Of a stretch of 64,000 nt of DNA, positions 39,032-51,870 are shown piece by piece. Position 1 is the stretch's first letter. Each line of letters opens with the position of its first letter. The stretch covers positions 269,204,001-269,268,000 of the forward strand of contig OZ024740.1 in NCBI GenBank assembly GCA_964016885.1. The letters run 5' to 3'. The notes below the pieces were generated by a model. That model did no database searches, was not told the DNA's origin, and was given only the letters and a program-made list of their open reading frames with translations. A program made the position numbers and the translations under genes. Origin of the DNA: Eledone cirrhosa (taxonomy: Eukaryota).

Positions 39032-42000
39032 GTCATCATCATCATCGTTTAGCATCCATCTTCCACGCTTGCATGGGTTTGGACGGGAATTGTCCCACTT
39101 GAGGCAAGATTGGTTGTCTTGCTCAGGACTGTCTGGCGGGTTTTCTACGGCTGGATGCCTTTCCTAACACCAACCACGTTTACAGTGTGGACTGGGAGGT
39201 TTTTACCGGGTTACCTACACAGCCACATTACAGCGTGGACTGCGTGTTTTTTTTGTCGTGACACCTACACGACCTCATTTGTTTCGCCCTGGATGTTGTG
39301 GTACCAACATAACTTTACAATGAAAGGGGTGGTGTGGTAGTGGGACGGGGGTGTATTTTTGTTAGAGGTGCCTACTGACTGTAGGTTTCGCTTTGTACTT
39401 AGGCAAGGTGGGTCTTCTGTATTACTGTGTAGTGCCAAAGATCTCGGTTCAGTGACATTGTCTTGGAGAGGTGTAAGTGTGTGAGGTCAGAATTTATCAA
39501 GTCGTCCCAGGTTTTTCTGGGTCTGCCTAGTCCGTGGCTACCGTCTATTTTTATCGCCCTGCACTTTTTTATACAGCTGTCGTCATTCATGCGCATCACG
39601 TGACCATACCAACGTAGTCTTCTCTCGAGTAAACAACATCTGATTCCTCTTATTGCTAATTTCTCCCTTAGTTCATTTATGCTTTGCCGTTCACGTATAT
39701 TACTATTACATATCCAACGGAGCATGCAAGCTTCGTTCCTCTCCAGTCTGCGTTTATCCTCTGCACTAAATGCCCAAGTCTCACTGCCATGTAACATTGC
39801 CGTTCTTATGCAGGCATCATACAGCCTGCCTTTCATTTTTAGAGAGAACCCTTTAGCGGCTAATAGTGGTATAAGCTCTCTGAACTTTTTCCATCCCGTT
39901 CTGACTCTAGCTACTGTACTTTCAGAGGACCCTCCACCACTGCTGATTTTATCACCCAGGTAACGGAAGGTGTCCACTATTTCTATAGAACCATCTGCGC
40001 AATGGAATGAGCTAGTATTCTCTGGGCACTTGCTGCTACTTATTGCACCTGAGCACCGGCCACATATAAAATCTATATTCTTAGTTAGCTTACCTGTGAT
40101 CCCACTACATCTTTTATGCACCCATACTTTGCATTCGGGACATAAAATGGAGTTTCTGCCTACTCCTTTCCTACACATTGAGCATGGCCATTTCCAGATG
40201 GGACCAGTGCCCTATTTTCCTTCCTACAAACTAGAACTTTAGTCTTAGACAGGTTAATTTTAAGCCCTTTTGATTTTAGGCCATGCTTCCATGTTTGGAA
40301 TTTCTTCTCTAGTTCAGCCATTGATTCAGCTATGAGCGTTAGATCATCTGTGAATAGAAGTTCCCATGGGCAGCCGTTCTTGAAATCCTCTGTTATAGCC
40401 TGAAGGGCAATAATAAAAAGTAGGAGGCTAAAACGGAGTCCTGATGAACACCAACTTTTACGCTAAACTCTTCACTATATTTGTTGTTAATTCTAACCTT
40501 GCTGACTGTTTCTTTATACATGGCTTGTATAGCTCTCACAAGCCATTCATCAACACCTAGTTTTCTAAGGGCCCACCAGATAATCGAGCGGGGTACTCTG
40601 TCAAAGGCTTTCTCCAAGTCAATAAAAGCTAAGTATAGGGTTTACTTTAAGCTAGGTACTTCTGTAGTTGTCGTACAATGAAAAGAGCGTCTGTTATACT
40701 TTTACCTGACACAAACCCGAACTGCATTTCGTCTAGATCAATTCGCTCTCTGATTAGTTGCGCTATTACTTTTTCTGTGACCTTCATGACCTGGTCAATT
40801 AATTTAATGCCTCTATAGTTTCCCCTATCTAGGGCATCTCCTTTACCCTTGTAGCAGTTAATGATGGTGTTGCTGTGCCAGTCCTTCGGAACGACCCCAT
40901 TCTGTATGACTTGGTTTACTATCCAGGTGACCATAGTGTGTCACACCGTTCCAGATGCTTTCAGCATTTCAGCAACTATTTCCGAAGGCCCAGCCAACTT
41001 GTCCGTCTTCATGTCTTTGATCGCCTTACTTATTATACTACCTTCAACTTGCACTGCTGGTCTCTCTATTGTCTTTCTCCCAATTATTCTCCTCATTTAG
41101 TAGCCTTTCGTAGTGACACTTCCAAGCTACCTTCTTATCAGTGTCAGTGATGGCAAGTACACCATCATCATTAAGGACACACTTCTCCCCGACAATATCA
41201 CGGTTTTCCTTGACACATTGCCTAGCAATCCTGAACACCTCACGATTTTGGTCCTCGCGTTGTAGAACATGCTTGAACTTTCTTTCCTCTGCTTCCCTTC
41301 TTGCGAAGTACACTTGTCTCCTAGCTTCCCTCCTAGCCACTTGATAGTCTTCTCTACTTCCCCCATCCCGCCATGCTTTCCAAGCGTGCTTATTGGCCTT
41401 GATTGACCCCTCCACCTTACTGTTCCACCACCAAGTTATTCTCCTCCTGCCTATAGGTCTGCTCCAGCCACAGGTTTCATCTGTCACCATCAGCAGGTTA
41501 GCTTTCAGGAATTCCCACTGTTCCTCTATATTGTACGACTCTAATTGCTCTTCCTTACTATCAAAAGCATCAAGTAATATGCTTTTAAATTTATTACTGG
41601 CTGTGGGGTCCTTTAGCTTCCTTATTTTTCTCCTGAGGATAGTCCGCCTCTGTTGTCGAGTACGTCTCGTCCTGACTATGAGGTCGCTAATTATGAGTCT
41701 ATGTTGAGAGGTGCATTCTTCATGGGGGAGGGATTTAGTGTTTACAACAGACACTCTGTCACATCTTCTGGTATGGATATAATCTACCTGGCTGGTATAT
41801 TCCCCTGATCTATAGGTGATCAAGTGATTGTCTCGTTTTTTGAAGTTAGTGTTACAGATAGTTAGGTTATTTGCGTCACAGAATTTCAGGATTCTGGAGC
41901 CTTCCTCATTTCTAGTACCAAACCCATAGCCTCCATGGATTCTGTCATAGCCGTCACAATGTTGTCCAACGTGACCATTTAGGTCGCCAGCAATAACTCT

Positions 42001-42590
42001 GTAGTCACTATCGGTTAATTGGGAGGTAGTGAGCATTAACGTCTCATAGAATCTGTCTTTTATAATGCCAGGCAGTCCGGATTGTGGTGCATATGCAGAT
42101 ATTATTGTCACAGTAGTTCTATTGAGGACAAGTCTTATTTTAATTATTCTGTCGTTCACTCTATTTACATCTATTATCTTATCTGCCTACTTTTCTGCTA
42201 CCATGATTCCTACTCCACCCAGCCCATTGTCATTACCGCCCAGAAAAGCTTATAACATCGTTCTTTACCCACAATGAATCTAGCAGACCCACCCCTCCAC
42301 CTGGTCTCTTGAATACAGCAAACATCGACCTCCTTACGTTCAAGCATTTCTACAACCTCGTTAGAGCGACCTTTTAAGGTACCTACATTCATAGTACCAA
42401 CTCTGAAGTTTGGGATTGAGTTTGGAGGGTGGGAACGCTGGGGCGCGAATGGGGTTATGTTAGCCATCCACGGTCGAAATAAAAAGGAGGAGTCCTTGCA
42501 TTCTCATCCGGCAGCATGAGGTGAATTTGTCTTTATCTTTGGCATCATCACTGAGTGTCCAGATTTTTTCTTTTCAAACTCTCCAGAATG
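39032..42590 (-). mobile_element. Near-full-length RTE-clade LINE, frameshifted, in a FOCAD intron
   Basis: ORF from 42467 to 39399: GTMNVGTL..CIQETRW, AGDLNGH, NYRGIKL, DLEKAFDRV, GVHQDSVL, PHD-like Cys cluster, RRLRWYGHVMRM, GRPRKTW. (GAT)n tail. Confidence 0.92.
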
Positions 42591-42607
42591 TATATATATA
42601 TATGTAT

Positions 42608-42950
42608 GGAGGCACATGGCTTAGTGGTTAGAACATTGGCCTTGCAATCGAAAGGTTGTGAGTTCAATTCTCAGACCGGGTGATGTGTTGTTTCCTTGAA
42701 CAAGACACTTCATTTCACATTGCTCCAGTTTACTCAGCTGTAGAAATGAGATGATAGGGACTGGGGTCCATATCATACCACTGCAAAGTGGTTGTGGAGG
42801 TGCCACAGCAAAAAAGCACCCAGCACTCACTGTAAATGAGGTTGGTGTTAGGAAGGGCATCCAGCTGTAGAAATCAAGCCAGCATCAGTTCCCGTCCCAC
42901 CCTTGCAAGCAGGGAAAAAGCGGACGTAAAATGAAATGATGATGATGAAT
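42608..42950 (+). mobile_element. SINE family B with RTE-type 3' tail
   Basis: tRNA-like head (TGGCTTAGTGG, GTTCAATTC), CORE-like body, tail GGAAGGGCATCCAGCTGTAGAAA..GGACGTAAA..(GAT)n shared with the RTE 3' ends. Confidence 0.8.
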
Positions 42951-43047
42951 GATGTATATATGTATGTATATATATATATTGTATATATATATATATGTGT
43001 GTATGTATATATATATATATATTATATATTGTATATATATATGTGTG

Positions 43048-43108
<61 letters not shown>

Positions 43109-43123
43109 GTGTATATATATATA

Positions 43124-43172
<49 letters not shown>

Positions 43173-43622
43173 ATGTATATATATCATGAAATAATTAGCG
43201 GGAGTAATGTATATTATGACATGGAGGAAAAATAAACAAAAATATATTATAAAATAAAGGGTAAGACAAAAAACAATTAGATTGAATGAAACATTTATGA
43301 CAAGCAAAATCATTTGTTGTAAGAGAGGAATATAATTAAAGGGCTATGCCTGAGAAAATATAAAAAAGAAACTATGGATATTAATATGTGATGTGGATTT
43401 AATTAATTTGTGATGTGAATTTAATTAATATATGATGTGAATTCAATATGTAATCACACTTGCAGGAGTTCAGTCCGTCTTATGTTTATTTGTATTTATA
43501 TAAGAGCATAGCTATGGCAGTGGATAGATATCTGAAGTATTAATGAGAAAGAGATGAATGTGAGGTTCTTGATGATGACTGTTACTTGAAACTATCATTA
43601 AATAGAATGTTTCTCAATAATA

Positions 43623-43691
43623 TTGGGTCGTCAAGTATGAAATTTATAGAAATTTGTTTCTTTTTTACAAATTTCATACTTGATGACCCAA
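43623..43691. mobile_element. Tiny mariner-type MITE (almost TIRs only)
   Basis: TA|TTGGGTCGTCAAGTATGAAATTT ... AAATTTCATACTTGATGACCCAA|TA. Confidence 0.7.
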
Positions 43692-43734
43692 TATATACTT
43701 TTGCATGTTTTCTGCCCTGTTGGACAACATCCTA

Positions 43735-43934
43735 CAAAGGTCGGCTGAAAAGTTCATAGGATGATTATGAAGGGTTGATGCTAGAGCTGTGAAATCTCGC
43801 ATGCATTAATTTCAACTCTTCTTATTAATAATTGCATTGTTTTTTTCCAGGGACTATCTTGAAAATCAAACCTCATTTGGTAATTTCAGGAGACTGTATC
43901 CTGGTCAGCCTACAAACTTTCCAGCCAACCCTTG
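43735..43934. mobile_element. Mariner-type MITE
   Basis: TA|CAAAGGTCGGCTGAAAAGTT ... AACTTTCCAGCCAACCCTTG|TA. Confidence 0.7.
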
Positions 43935-44562
43935 TACATTGTAGGAAAGGGAATATGTTATAGGTTAGTTTGTTTTCTTTATACACAACTTTTTGGGGGG
44001 ATTCTCTGAGAGAGATGGGGGTAGTGAGAAAGAGAGAGGGAGGGAGGGAAAGAGAGTGAGAGAAGGAGGAGAGTTAGAGAAGGAGAGTGATAGAGAGAGG
44101 GGGAGAGAGGGAAGGAGAGAGAAAGTCTACAAGTGTGCAGTAATAAATTATTTGAGGTTTGCAGTGTTTTCATTCAAGCTTGGATAAAGTCTTGGATTAG
44201 GCTGTGTTTATCACTATCATATGAGCTAAAGTTGCTACAATATTCGTAACCGATGAACATTTCTTACTGTTTGTACATGTATCCTTATTTAAGTGTGTAC
44301 ACAACTAAAACAAGACTTATAATCATACATATGTATGTGCTGACATGCAGACAGCATGTGATTGAAATGAGCCCTGGTTATAGCTGAAATCAGAATAACA
44401 ATATGAGAAAAGTATGATTATACTGATGAGAAAATAAAAAAAATTGAAATAGATCTGACAGATATGACTGCATGTTAGCTGATAGTCAGTGTGAAGTTCA
44501 GAAAAACTACATTTATCTGAACTGATATCATCTACAAGTAATAATCAATAAATGTATAGTTT

Positions 44563-44762
44563 TACTGTATATACTCAAATACAAACAGAGGAATATATGA
44601 CCACAAAAATTGATGGTAAATTGGAGGGAGATGCAGCTTATAATCGCCATCTAAACATAATGTGTTTATTAGCTGCCTTGGCTTATAAAAGAGGTTTATT
44701 TTTGCCCATTTCTCAGACATAGAATGGGGGGTAAGGCAGCTTATATTCAAGTATATACAGTA
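44563..44762. mobile_element. Tc1/mariner-superfamily (Tc2-like) MITE; relatives at about 25140-25700, 47752-47910 and 52676-53190
   Basis: TIR TACTGTATATACT(C/T); shared internal GCCCATTTCTCAGACATA. Confidence 0.6.
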
Positions 44763-44929
44763 CATTATCATTAACAGAAAAAATGGTGTCTCTTTTAAAA
44801 TGGGAGTACTTTATAGCTCTTCTAAGCAAATGAATGTCTGAGTCTGCAGAATGAAAGGGGCTGAAAGTTCCTGTTTATTCAATTCTCATGATAGAAGATT
44901 TCTCATTTTTCAGAGATACATAAATATTG

Positions 44930-45142
44930 ATTTTTGATTTAGGCAAAATGTCAACAATTTTTGAGATAGGGAAGTTGATTAAATCGCCTGGAGTGCCTTA
45001 CTGGTACTTTATTTTATCGACCCTGTAAGGATGGAATCAAAGCTAATCTCAGTGGGATTAGAACTCACAGGATAAAGTGCCATAACTAAATGTGGCATAG
45101 CATGTTGTCTGATGCTCTATTGATACTGCCAATTCACCACCC
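44930..45142 (-). mobile_element. SINE family A (diverged)
   Basis: CTGGTACTTTATTTTATCGACCCTGTAAGGATG core. Confidence 0.7.
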
Positions 45143-45697
45143 TGATAAATAACATAACATAATAATATGAGCTGGAAATTTGGTTGTAAGCTTTAGTAAA
45201 ATTCAAAATTCTCTATTTGATATTGAGATTGATGTATTTATCTTTGAAATCATAAGATATAGCTTGACAAGCAGTGGCTACACATCTACCTGAAGATCTG
45301 AAAGAGCATACTGTAATTTTTTTAATTTTTCTGAGAAAATAATCTCTCTAGAAGTTTGTGATAGGAAGACCATCATCCACTTGTAAAAAAAATGCCAACT
45401 ATGCTTCTACAATGTAGTTCCCAACCTGCCTAGAGGAATAGTAACTCTGAATGAAAACTAATTTGATTTGTGACAACCTGTTGAACTCATGCCAACACAA
45501 AAAAGTGACCCTAACATGATAATGGCAACAGTATAATGAAATGTATTTTGAATAAAGTTAGCAACTGATGTTTTTGGTTGAGGTTAAAACACTTTTCTTT
45601 GCCTGCAATATGTCCTTTCATCAAGAAATACAACTCAATCAACATAGAGAAATAAACACCAACAGTATTTCTATTTTAAACAATGAATGTCATTTAA

Positions 45698-45918
45698 CCC
45701 TTTAGCATTTAAACTGGCCATATGCAGCCAGAATTCTCTCAACTCTTTCAGTTCAAACCAGCTGTAATTGGCCACTCATACTGATGTTAAGGTATTGTTC
45801 TCAAAATAAATAGCATCAAAATCTCATAGATTCGATATTATGTGACATAATTACATGAGGTAAAGCCTTTACTGTGAAAATATAATAGTAAATATAAAGT
45901 AATGTAAATACTAAAGGG
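45698..45918. mobile_element. piggyBac-type MITE; relatives at about 50596-50784 and 61768-61980
   Basis: TTAA|CCCTTTAG ... CTAAAGGG|TTAA. Confidence 0.75.
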
Positions 45919-46214
45919 TTAAGGAATGGCCCTTAATTCCAGTTTCAGGAAGAGAGGTGGTGAAGTCATAATTTCTACCCTTACATAAGATACTGGTCTA
46001 TCACATGGCTTGATGATCTGATGTCTATTTGCAATAGGTAAGTGAAATAAGGCAATATGCAAAATAGCATTGTGGTCAGAAATACAACAAAATGCTTTCA
46101 ATGAGTTTTACTCAACATTTAGATGATGATATTCATAATGGTGGATGTCTTGATGATGACAATATTGATGCATCTAACAGAGTCAGTATTTTATAAAATC
46201 TTTGCATTACTTAC

Positions 46215-46392
46215 TACAGTTGATTTCATGGTAGTATCTAATAATTGAAGTCCTCCTGTAGCTAGGTTGCGAACATGGCCGATTAGTTCTAAGAACCATC
46301 CCAGACGCTCTTTGAGAGGAGTTCTATTTAGTGAACAAATATGAAAGCACTGTGACAGAAACAGGAGGCACAAACTGTATAACTCTGGTATA
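46215..46392 (-). CDS. FOCAD: Focadhesin-like exon (178 nt)
   Basis: cag|..ERLGWFLELIGHVRNLA..KSTV|gtaagt; recalled human KRMEWLLELMGYIRNVA; phases 2/0. Confidence 0.9.
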
Positions 46393-46535
46393 CTGGAATA
46401 AAACAAATAATAATATATAAGAATAAATGAATAACAAAATATGTTTAAGCAATATAATATTTATTCAACCCTATTATATCATCTTCGTTTAACGTCCATC
46501 TTCCATGCTAGCATGGGTTAAATATATATATATGT

Positions 46536-47057
46536 ATGTAACTGACCGCTGTGGACCAGGGTGCCTAGGGACAATGAAGACATCAAAGTGATGCCAGCTG
46601 TTCCAGATTACAGCCCCTCTCCCACCACAGTAGTAATTCTGATATATGAAGAAATGTTGATTGACAGGTGGAGAACAAGAAGAACCAAACAGTGGGCAAC
46701 CAGGAGTGGCTAGAAATACCGGTGACATGTACAATTCATGACCACTCATGGAATGACAACAACAGGATCTAAATCAACAAACGAAAGAATTCGATGCTAA
46801 AGGACAATAGGAAAATCTGCTTCGTAGAATCGAGAAGTATCCAAGGACCGCGCGATACCAGAGTCAGGTTTGATCACCACATCGATCGTGCCTCGAGCTG
46901 GTCACCCGAGAAACAATTGTAATATGTCCAATAAATTCCTTTCGTCGCAACACTGATTCTCTTTTTTCTGTGATATCATACTCTGCTCTACGAGGGCATT
47001 GACTGCTCATACGGCCTACCGCATACAGACGATTTAAGCATCCAATACCAATTATAT
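46536..47057 (+). mobile_element. Possible solo LTR in (TA)n
   Basis: Begins TGTAACTG, ends CAATTATA (imperfect inverted termini), AATAAA at about 46930. Part recurs at 54677-54846, and a similar motif occurs at about 16440-16520. Confidence 0.4.
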
Positions 47058-47133
47058 ATATACATATATATATACATATATATATATATGTATACATATA
47101 TATATATATACATAAACATATATATATATATAT

Positions 47134-47188
<55 letters not shown>

Positions 47189-48580
47189 CATATACATATA
47201 CATATATATATACATATACAATATGCCCCCACACCCTCCCACTGCAAGGTGGTCGTGGAGGTGCCACAGCAAAAAAGTACCCAGCCCACACTGTAAAGTG
47301 GATGTGTAGGCGCCACGAAAAAGCACCCAGCACTCATTGTAAATGAGGTTGGTGTTAAAGCATTGATCTTTAGAGCAAAGATATTACATTTGGGCTTCCA
47401 GAACCAAACAGAGATTCCTTTTTGCTCATCTAGTTTTTATTTCTAGGTAAAGTTGAGATAAAGAGTTACAGTAAACTCTTCCACAGTTGAAATGGTTTCA
47501 GTGAAACTTATAGCATCTCATATTTATTGTTACTTAGTGAAAACAAATTCTTTGGTGCTTTTGTGTTCGAAAATGATGTATATGTATATGCATATATTTT
47601 ATGGACACACACTCATGTATACCTGTATACACATATGCTCAAACATACAGATTTACTAATTTTAAGTTATGTGAAGTCTTTGAACAAAGTAAGGTATATT
47701 TTTCTCTCTACAGTTGTAAATTAGGTTGGATATTTTCATGAATTATTGAAGTACCATATATACTTGAATATAAGCCAAGGAATGTGTGACCAAAAGATCT
47801 ATGTCAATATAGGAGATCGGTTTATATTCGGGGTTGATTCGTTGCCTCAGCTTATAAACAGGGTTTGGATTTTTGCCCAATTCTCAGACATAAAATAGGA
47901 GGGTACTTATAGTAAAAATAGACAAAACAATAGATCTCCACATAGAGCTGTTACTCACTGCATTGCCCAGGTCTCGAATACTAACACTAGAGTCCCCAGC
48001 CATGAAAGGAGAGTCCAGAAACCCATGACTATTAAGATATGTTGCCCCTAAAATCTCCAAAGTAGACACACCCCACCAAAAGCACAATGGCAATGGCCTG
48101 AAAATCTCATCCACTTACCTTGCACAACACCAGAAATAACAACATCGAAAGGTAAATGAACAGCTAGAGAGAAAACTGTTATGTAGTTGCACAACTTGTT
48201 TTATGATAGTGTCAAATATTTGTAAACTAACTCTATAATAGGGAGTTGTGCTTTAGGCTCAAAACTTTAGAACAACATGACCATAATAAAGATGTGAGAT
48301 AGCAACACTTACAAAGTTGAAAACAATGAAGTTTGAATTGAACCAACAAGCTGAATATGTTTATATCTATTTGTGTGCCTTGGTTTGTTAAATCTGTATT
48401 TGCTCCTAATCTGTATTCAACATACTACTTTGCTGATGTTTGTCTATTAAAGCATTACTAATAGATGCTATTCAACAACAAGAGAAACAACAGCAGTAAT
48501 AACAACATCAAGAATTGTGGAAAAAATAACAAGAACAACAGCAATTTTTTTCAACAATAAAAGGTAATATTCTTTCTTAC

Positions 48581-48780
48581 TTTTGACCATTATTGATGAG
48601 AGAGTCAATGCAGCTATTTAACAGAGCTATAGGTTGTTTTCCATTTGCCACAAGAAAACACCGGACATATGTTCCTTTAATATACAATTGTGGATCAAGA
48701 AAATCACAATCTGTAAGTTGGTCAAATCTCTCTTCTGGAAGATTTGCTAAACATTTACACATCATGTTGTAGATGTTAGG
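48581..48780 (-). CDS. FOCAD: Focadhesin-like exon (200 nt)
   Basis: cag|PNIYNMMCKCLANLPEE..YVRCFLVANGKQPI..|gtaaga; phases 0/2. Confidence 0.85.
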
Positions 48781-48951
48781 CTGAAAAGAAAAGAACAGCA
48801 GAAACAATATTATGCTACTGAAAAAAAATAAGTGAGAAAGAAATGCAATATTCAATATTTATAGAAAATAATATATAAGTTTATTATTAGTTCTGCAGAA
48901 TTGTGTATTTTATGATTGAAGAAAAATGCTTTTTCTAACCATCAAAGATGA

Positions 48952-49097
48952 ACTAAGAATTGCAAGTTAACAGAATACCAATTAACTGTACAGAACTGTA
49001 CATTTTTCAGCCATTTAACTGTGCTATATATTTCTCTATTACAAATAATGGCAGTTCTGTACAGTTGATTGGTATCAGTTAACTTGCAATTCTTAGT
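48952..49097. repeat. Inverted repeat, about 47 bp arms (MITE-like)
   Basis: ACTAAGAATTGCAAGTTAAC..CTGTACAGAACTG and its reverse complement. Confidence 0.75.
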
Positions 49098-50038
49098 ATA
49101 TATATTCTTATATATATATTAGGTAATTAAGAGCAAATTGTTTTAGACATGAACATGACACAGCATAAGCAGCACCATAATAATTGCTAATTTCCTGTCA
49201 CTAGTATTGAATACTTTGTCTGCAACAATGAAGAATAAAGAAAGAGAAGAAGTAAATGAGAAAATTCACACAAAACATGATACAAAACCATTTATTATTG
49301 ATGCAGAAGTGGTAGAGTGTTTTATAATTATAGACAGGTTTAACATTGGTGACTTAATTACAGATTTAACACAAAGAGAATGAGATGTGCCAAGAGATTC
49401 TCTCAGGCAAAGCTAACTAGTAAATGGATTATACACAATTTAGCTATTAATACAGTGAATACAATGCTGTGTCGATGAGGTCAAAATATGACCAAAAGTT
49501 GTCAGGATTTGTTTCTGTATTTGCCAGAAAAATGAAAATAATATTAGTCTCTGATTAACATCCTTTTCTTTTCACCACTATTATTTTCAGTTCATCCATT
49601 ATATATATTTAATCTAATTCATACACACACACTCACATAAACACATACATAATTGAATTGGACAAATGTTAAAAGATAAAATTTCCTGGTTAATATTATA
49701 GACAGACATTTACTTCTTCTTTGGCCACTTATTTCTGAGAGGGTCGTAGGAGCAGAGTTCTCAAGCACTCCTACACAGTGGGCCTTGTCAGAAGCAACCA
49801 TCTGCAACTGATCTGGAGAAATATATTGCAGTCTCCATTTCATGTTACAAAAAATGACAATGGGCCTGTGACCTGTCCTGGGAGGCATAGGATGGATGCA
49901 CGAAGATTGCATATCCCAAGACCCCAAAAGGGGAGCAAACGTTGACAATTGGTATCACACATTTACAAAATTTAAAATACATAAAACAGAACACCCCCCC
50001 CCCCGCCAAAAAAAAAAAAATAAAATGCTTCTTCATAC

Positions 50039-50290
50039 CTGAAAATGTGGAGTTAATGTTTTGTATACATGTTCCACAGTGGTGTACAATAAATCAGTAA
50101 CAGACTCTGGAGGATCATTGATCATTAAAGCTTTATGTAAACCATTCAAAATAATAGAAGACTGGAATTTTCTTTGATCATACAGAAATGGGTTTATGCA
50201 TTCATGTTCCAGAAATTCTTTTAGCGTTTTCAAAGGAATGCATTTTATGAGAACATCCAAATTTTGATAAAATATATTCTGACTCTCTAC
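50039..50290 (-). CDS. FOCAD: Focadhesin-like exon (252 nt)
   Basis: Poly-T tract, tag|VESQNIFYQNLDVLIKCIP..ILNGLHKAL..PHFQ|gtatga; phases 0/0. Confidence 0.85.
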
Positions 50291-50800
50291 CTAGAAAAAA
50301 AAAAAAAATGAAAAGTAAAACCATGTGTAAACAATCTGCTTTTAAAATACCAAATCATTAAAATATGTTTAGTGATCATATATCTATAGAATTAGTTACA
50401 TATTGATTATCTCAGTACATATTGACTGTGTTTTTATGTTGCACTTGTTTGACATAGAATGAAATCTGAAAATGTGTTGGTACTAAAATACTGCATCATT
50501 GTCATTGTAGCTATTAAAACACATGCACACTGTTATATTTACTTTTATTTCATCATTGTTGTGTAAAATAACTATGATATATTATTATGTATAAACCCTT
50601 TAGCAACAATTCTATAAATACTATTGCATTTTTGTGGTAAAGGGTTTATCTCACATAATATCTTGATGTTATTTATTTTGAGAATAATACCATAACATTG
50701 TTATGAGAGGCCGGTTATGACCAGTTTGAACAGAAAGAGATGAGGGAATTCTGGCTGGATACAACCGGTTTAAATGCTAAAGGGTTAAAGTTTACTTATA

Positions 50801-51002
50801 TTGGGTCATCCCATAAATAATGAATTTTGTTCAATTGCATGCAATAAAAGTTGATAGGGGTGGGGATAAACACATACATAAACTTGCTATAAAAGCAGGT
50901 AGTAAATTCACTGTGTCCCCAGTCTTAGTGCAAGCTTTGAAAAGTTCTGTTTAAATAAAAGAAGTTTAAAAAAAAAACCTTATTATTTATGGGATGCTCT
51001 AA
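50801..51002. mobile_element. Mariner-type MITE
   Basis: TA|TTGGGTCATCCCATAAATAAT ... ATTATTTATGGGATGCTCTAA|TA. Confidence 0.7.
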
Positions 51003-51199
51003 TATATTTTAGTCATAGCCAGGTCAATGAAATTCTATTTCATTGTATAAGTCAATTTATATAGGTTATGGCATCATTTGGGATTCCTTTGGTCTCTGTC
51101 TTACTTTCCCTCACTGACACACTAATTATATTTCTCTTTCTTTCTTATCTACTTATTTTTAGGCCAAATCATGGAATATTTTTCTTTCATTCATATATT

Positions 51200-51513
51200 G
51201 ACCATGTTTTTGCACCAAGAAAGTTTCCCTCTAAGGTACAAGCCTGGGCAAGGTTTGTTTTGTGGAAGACCAGCAGTCACTCCTTGCACACTACCTTCCC
51301 CTCTCCATGCCACCAATGTTGTCCAAAGGGAAGGCAATGACTAATACAGCTTGGCATCAGTGACGTCACAACTCATTTCTACAGCTGAGTAAACTGGAGC
51401 AACATGAAATAAAGTGTCTTGCTCAAGGACACAATGCATCACCCGGTCTGAGAATCAAATTCACAACCTCTCAATTGCAAGCCCAATGCTCTAACCACTA
51501 AGCCATGCACCTT
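51200..51513 (-). mobile_element. SINE family B
   Basis: Reverse complement of the 42608-42750 head. Confidence 0.75.
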
Positions 51514-51684
51514 CACTATCCTTCGATAGAGAGTAAGGAAGTGATGAGCTGTGGGGGAATAAACAAGGAAAAAAACAAAATTTAAATCCAAAGCGACTAC
51601 ATCATAGCTTCTAACAACTTGTCAGCATTTGATTTTTAACATATACAATGAAATAAAGTATGAGTAACCAAGTTGTAGATTTAC

Positions 51685-51870
51685 TTTGGCAGTATCAGTA
51701 GAGGGTCGGTTGCCATGCTTTCCAACATAGAATTACGTCCCTTTACGGTCTGAGTTCAAATCCCGCCGAGATTAACTTTACCTTTCATCCTTACGGGGTC
51801 GATAAAATAAAGTACCAGTAATGCACTGGTTGATTACTGGCCTTGCGCCAAAAATAGAAACAATTATTAA
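51685..51870 (+). mobile_element. SINE family A
   Basis: Matches the family A consensus. Confidence 0.85.
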
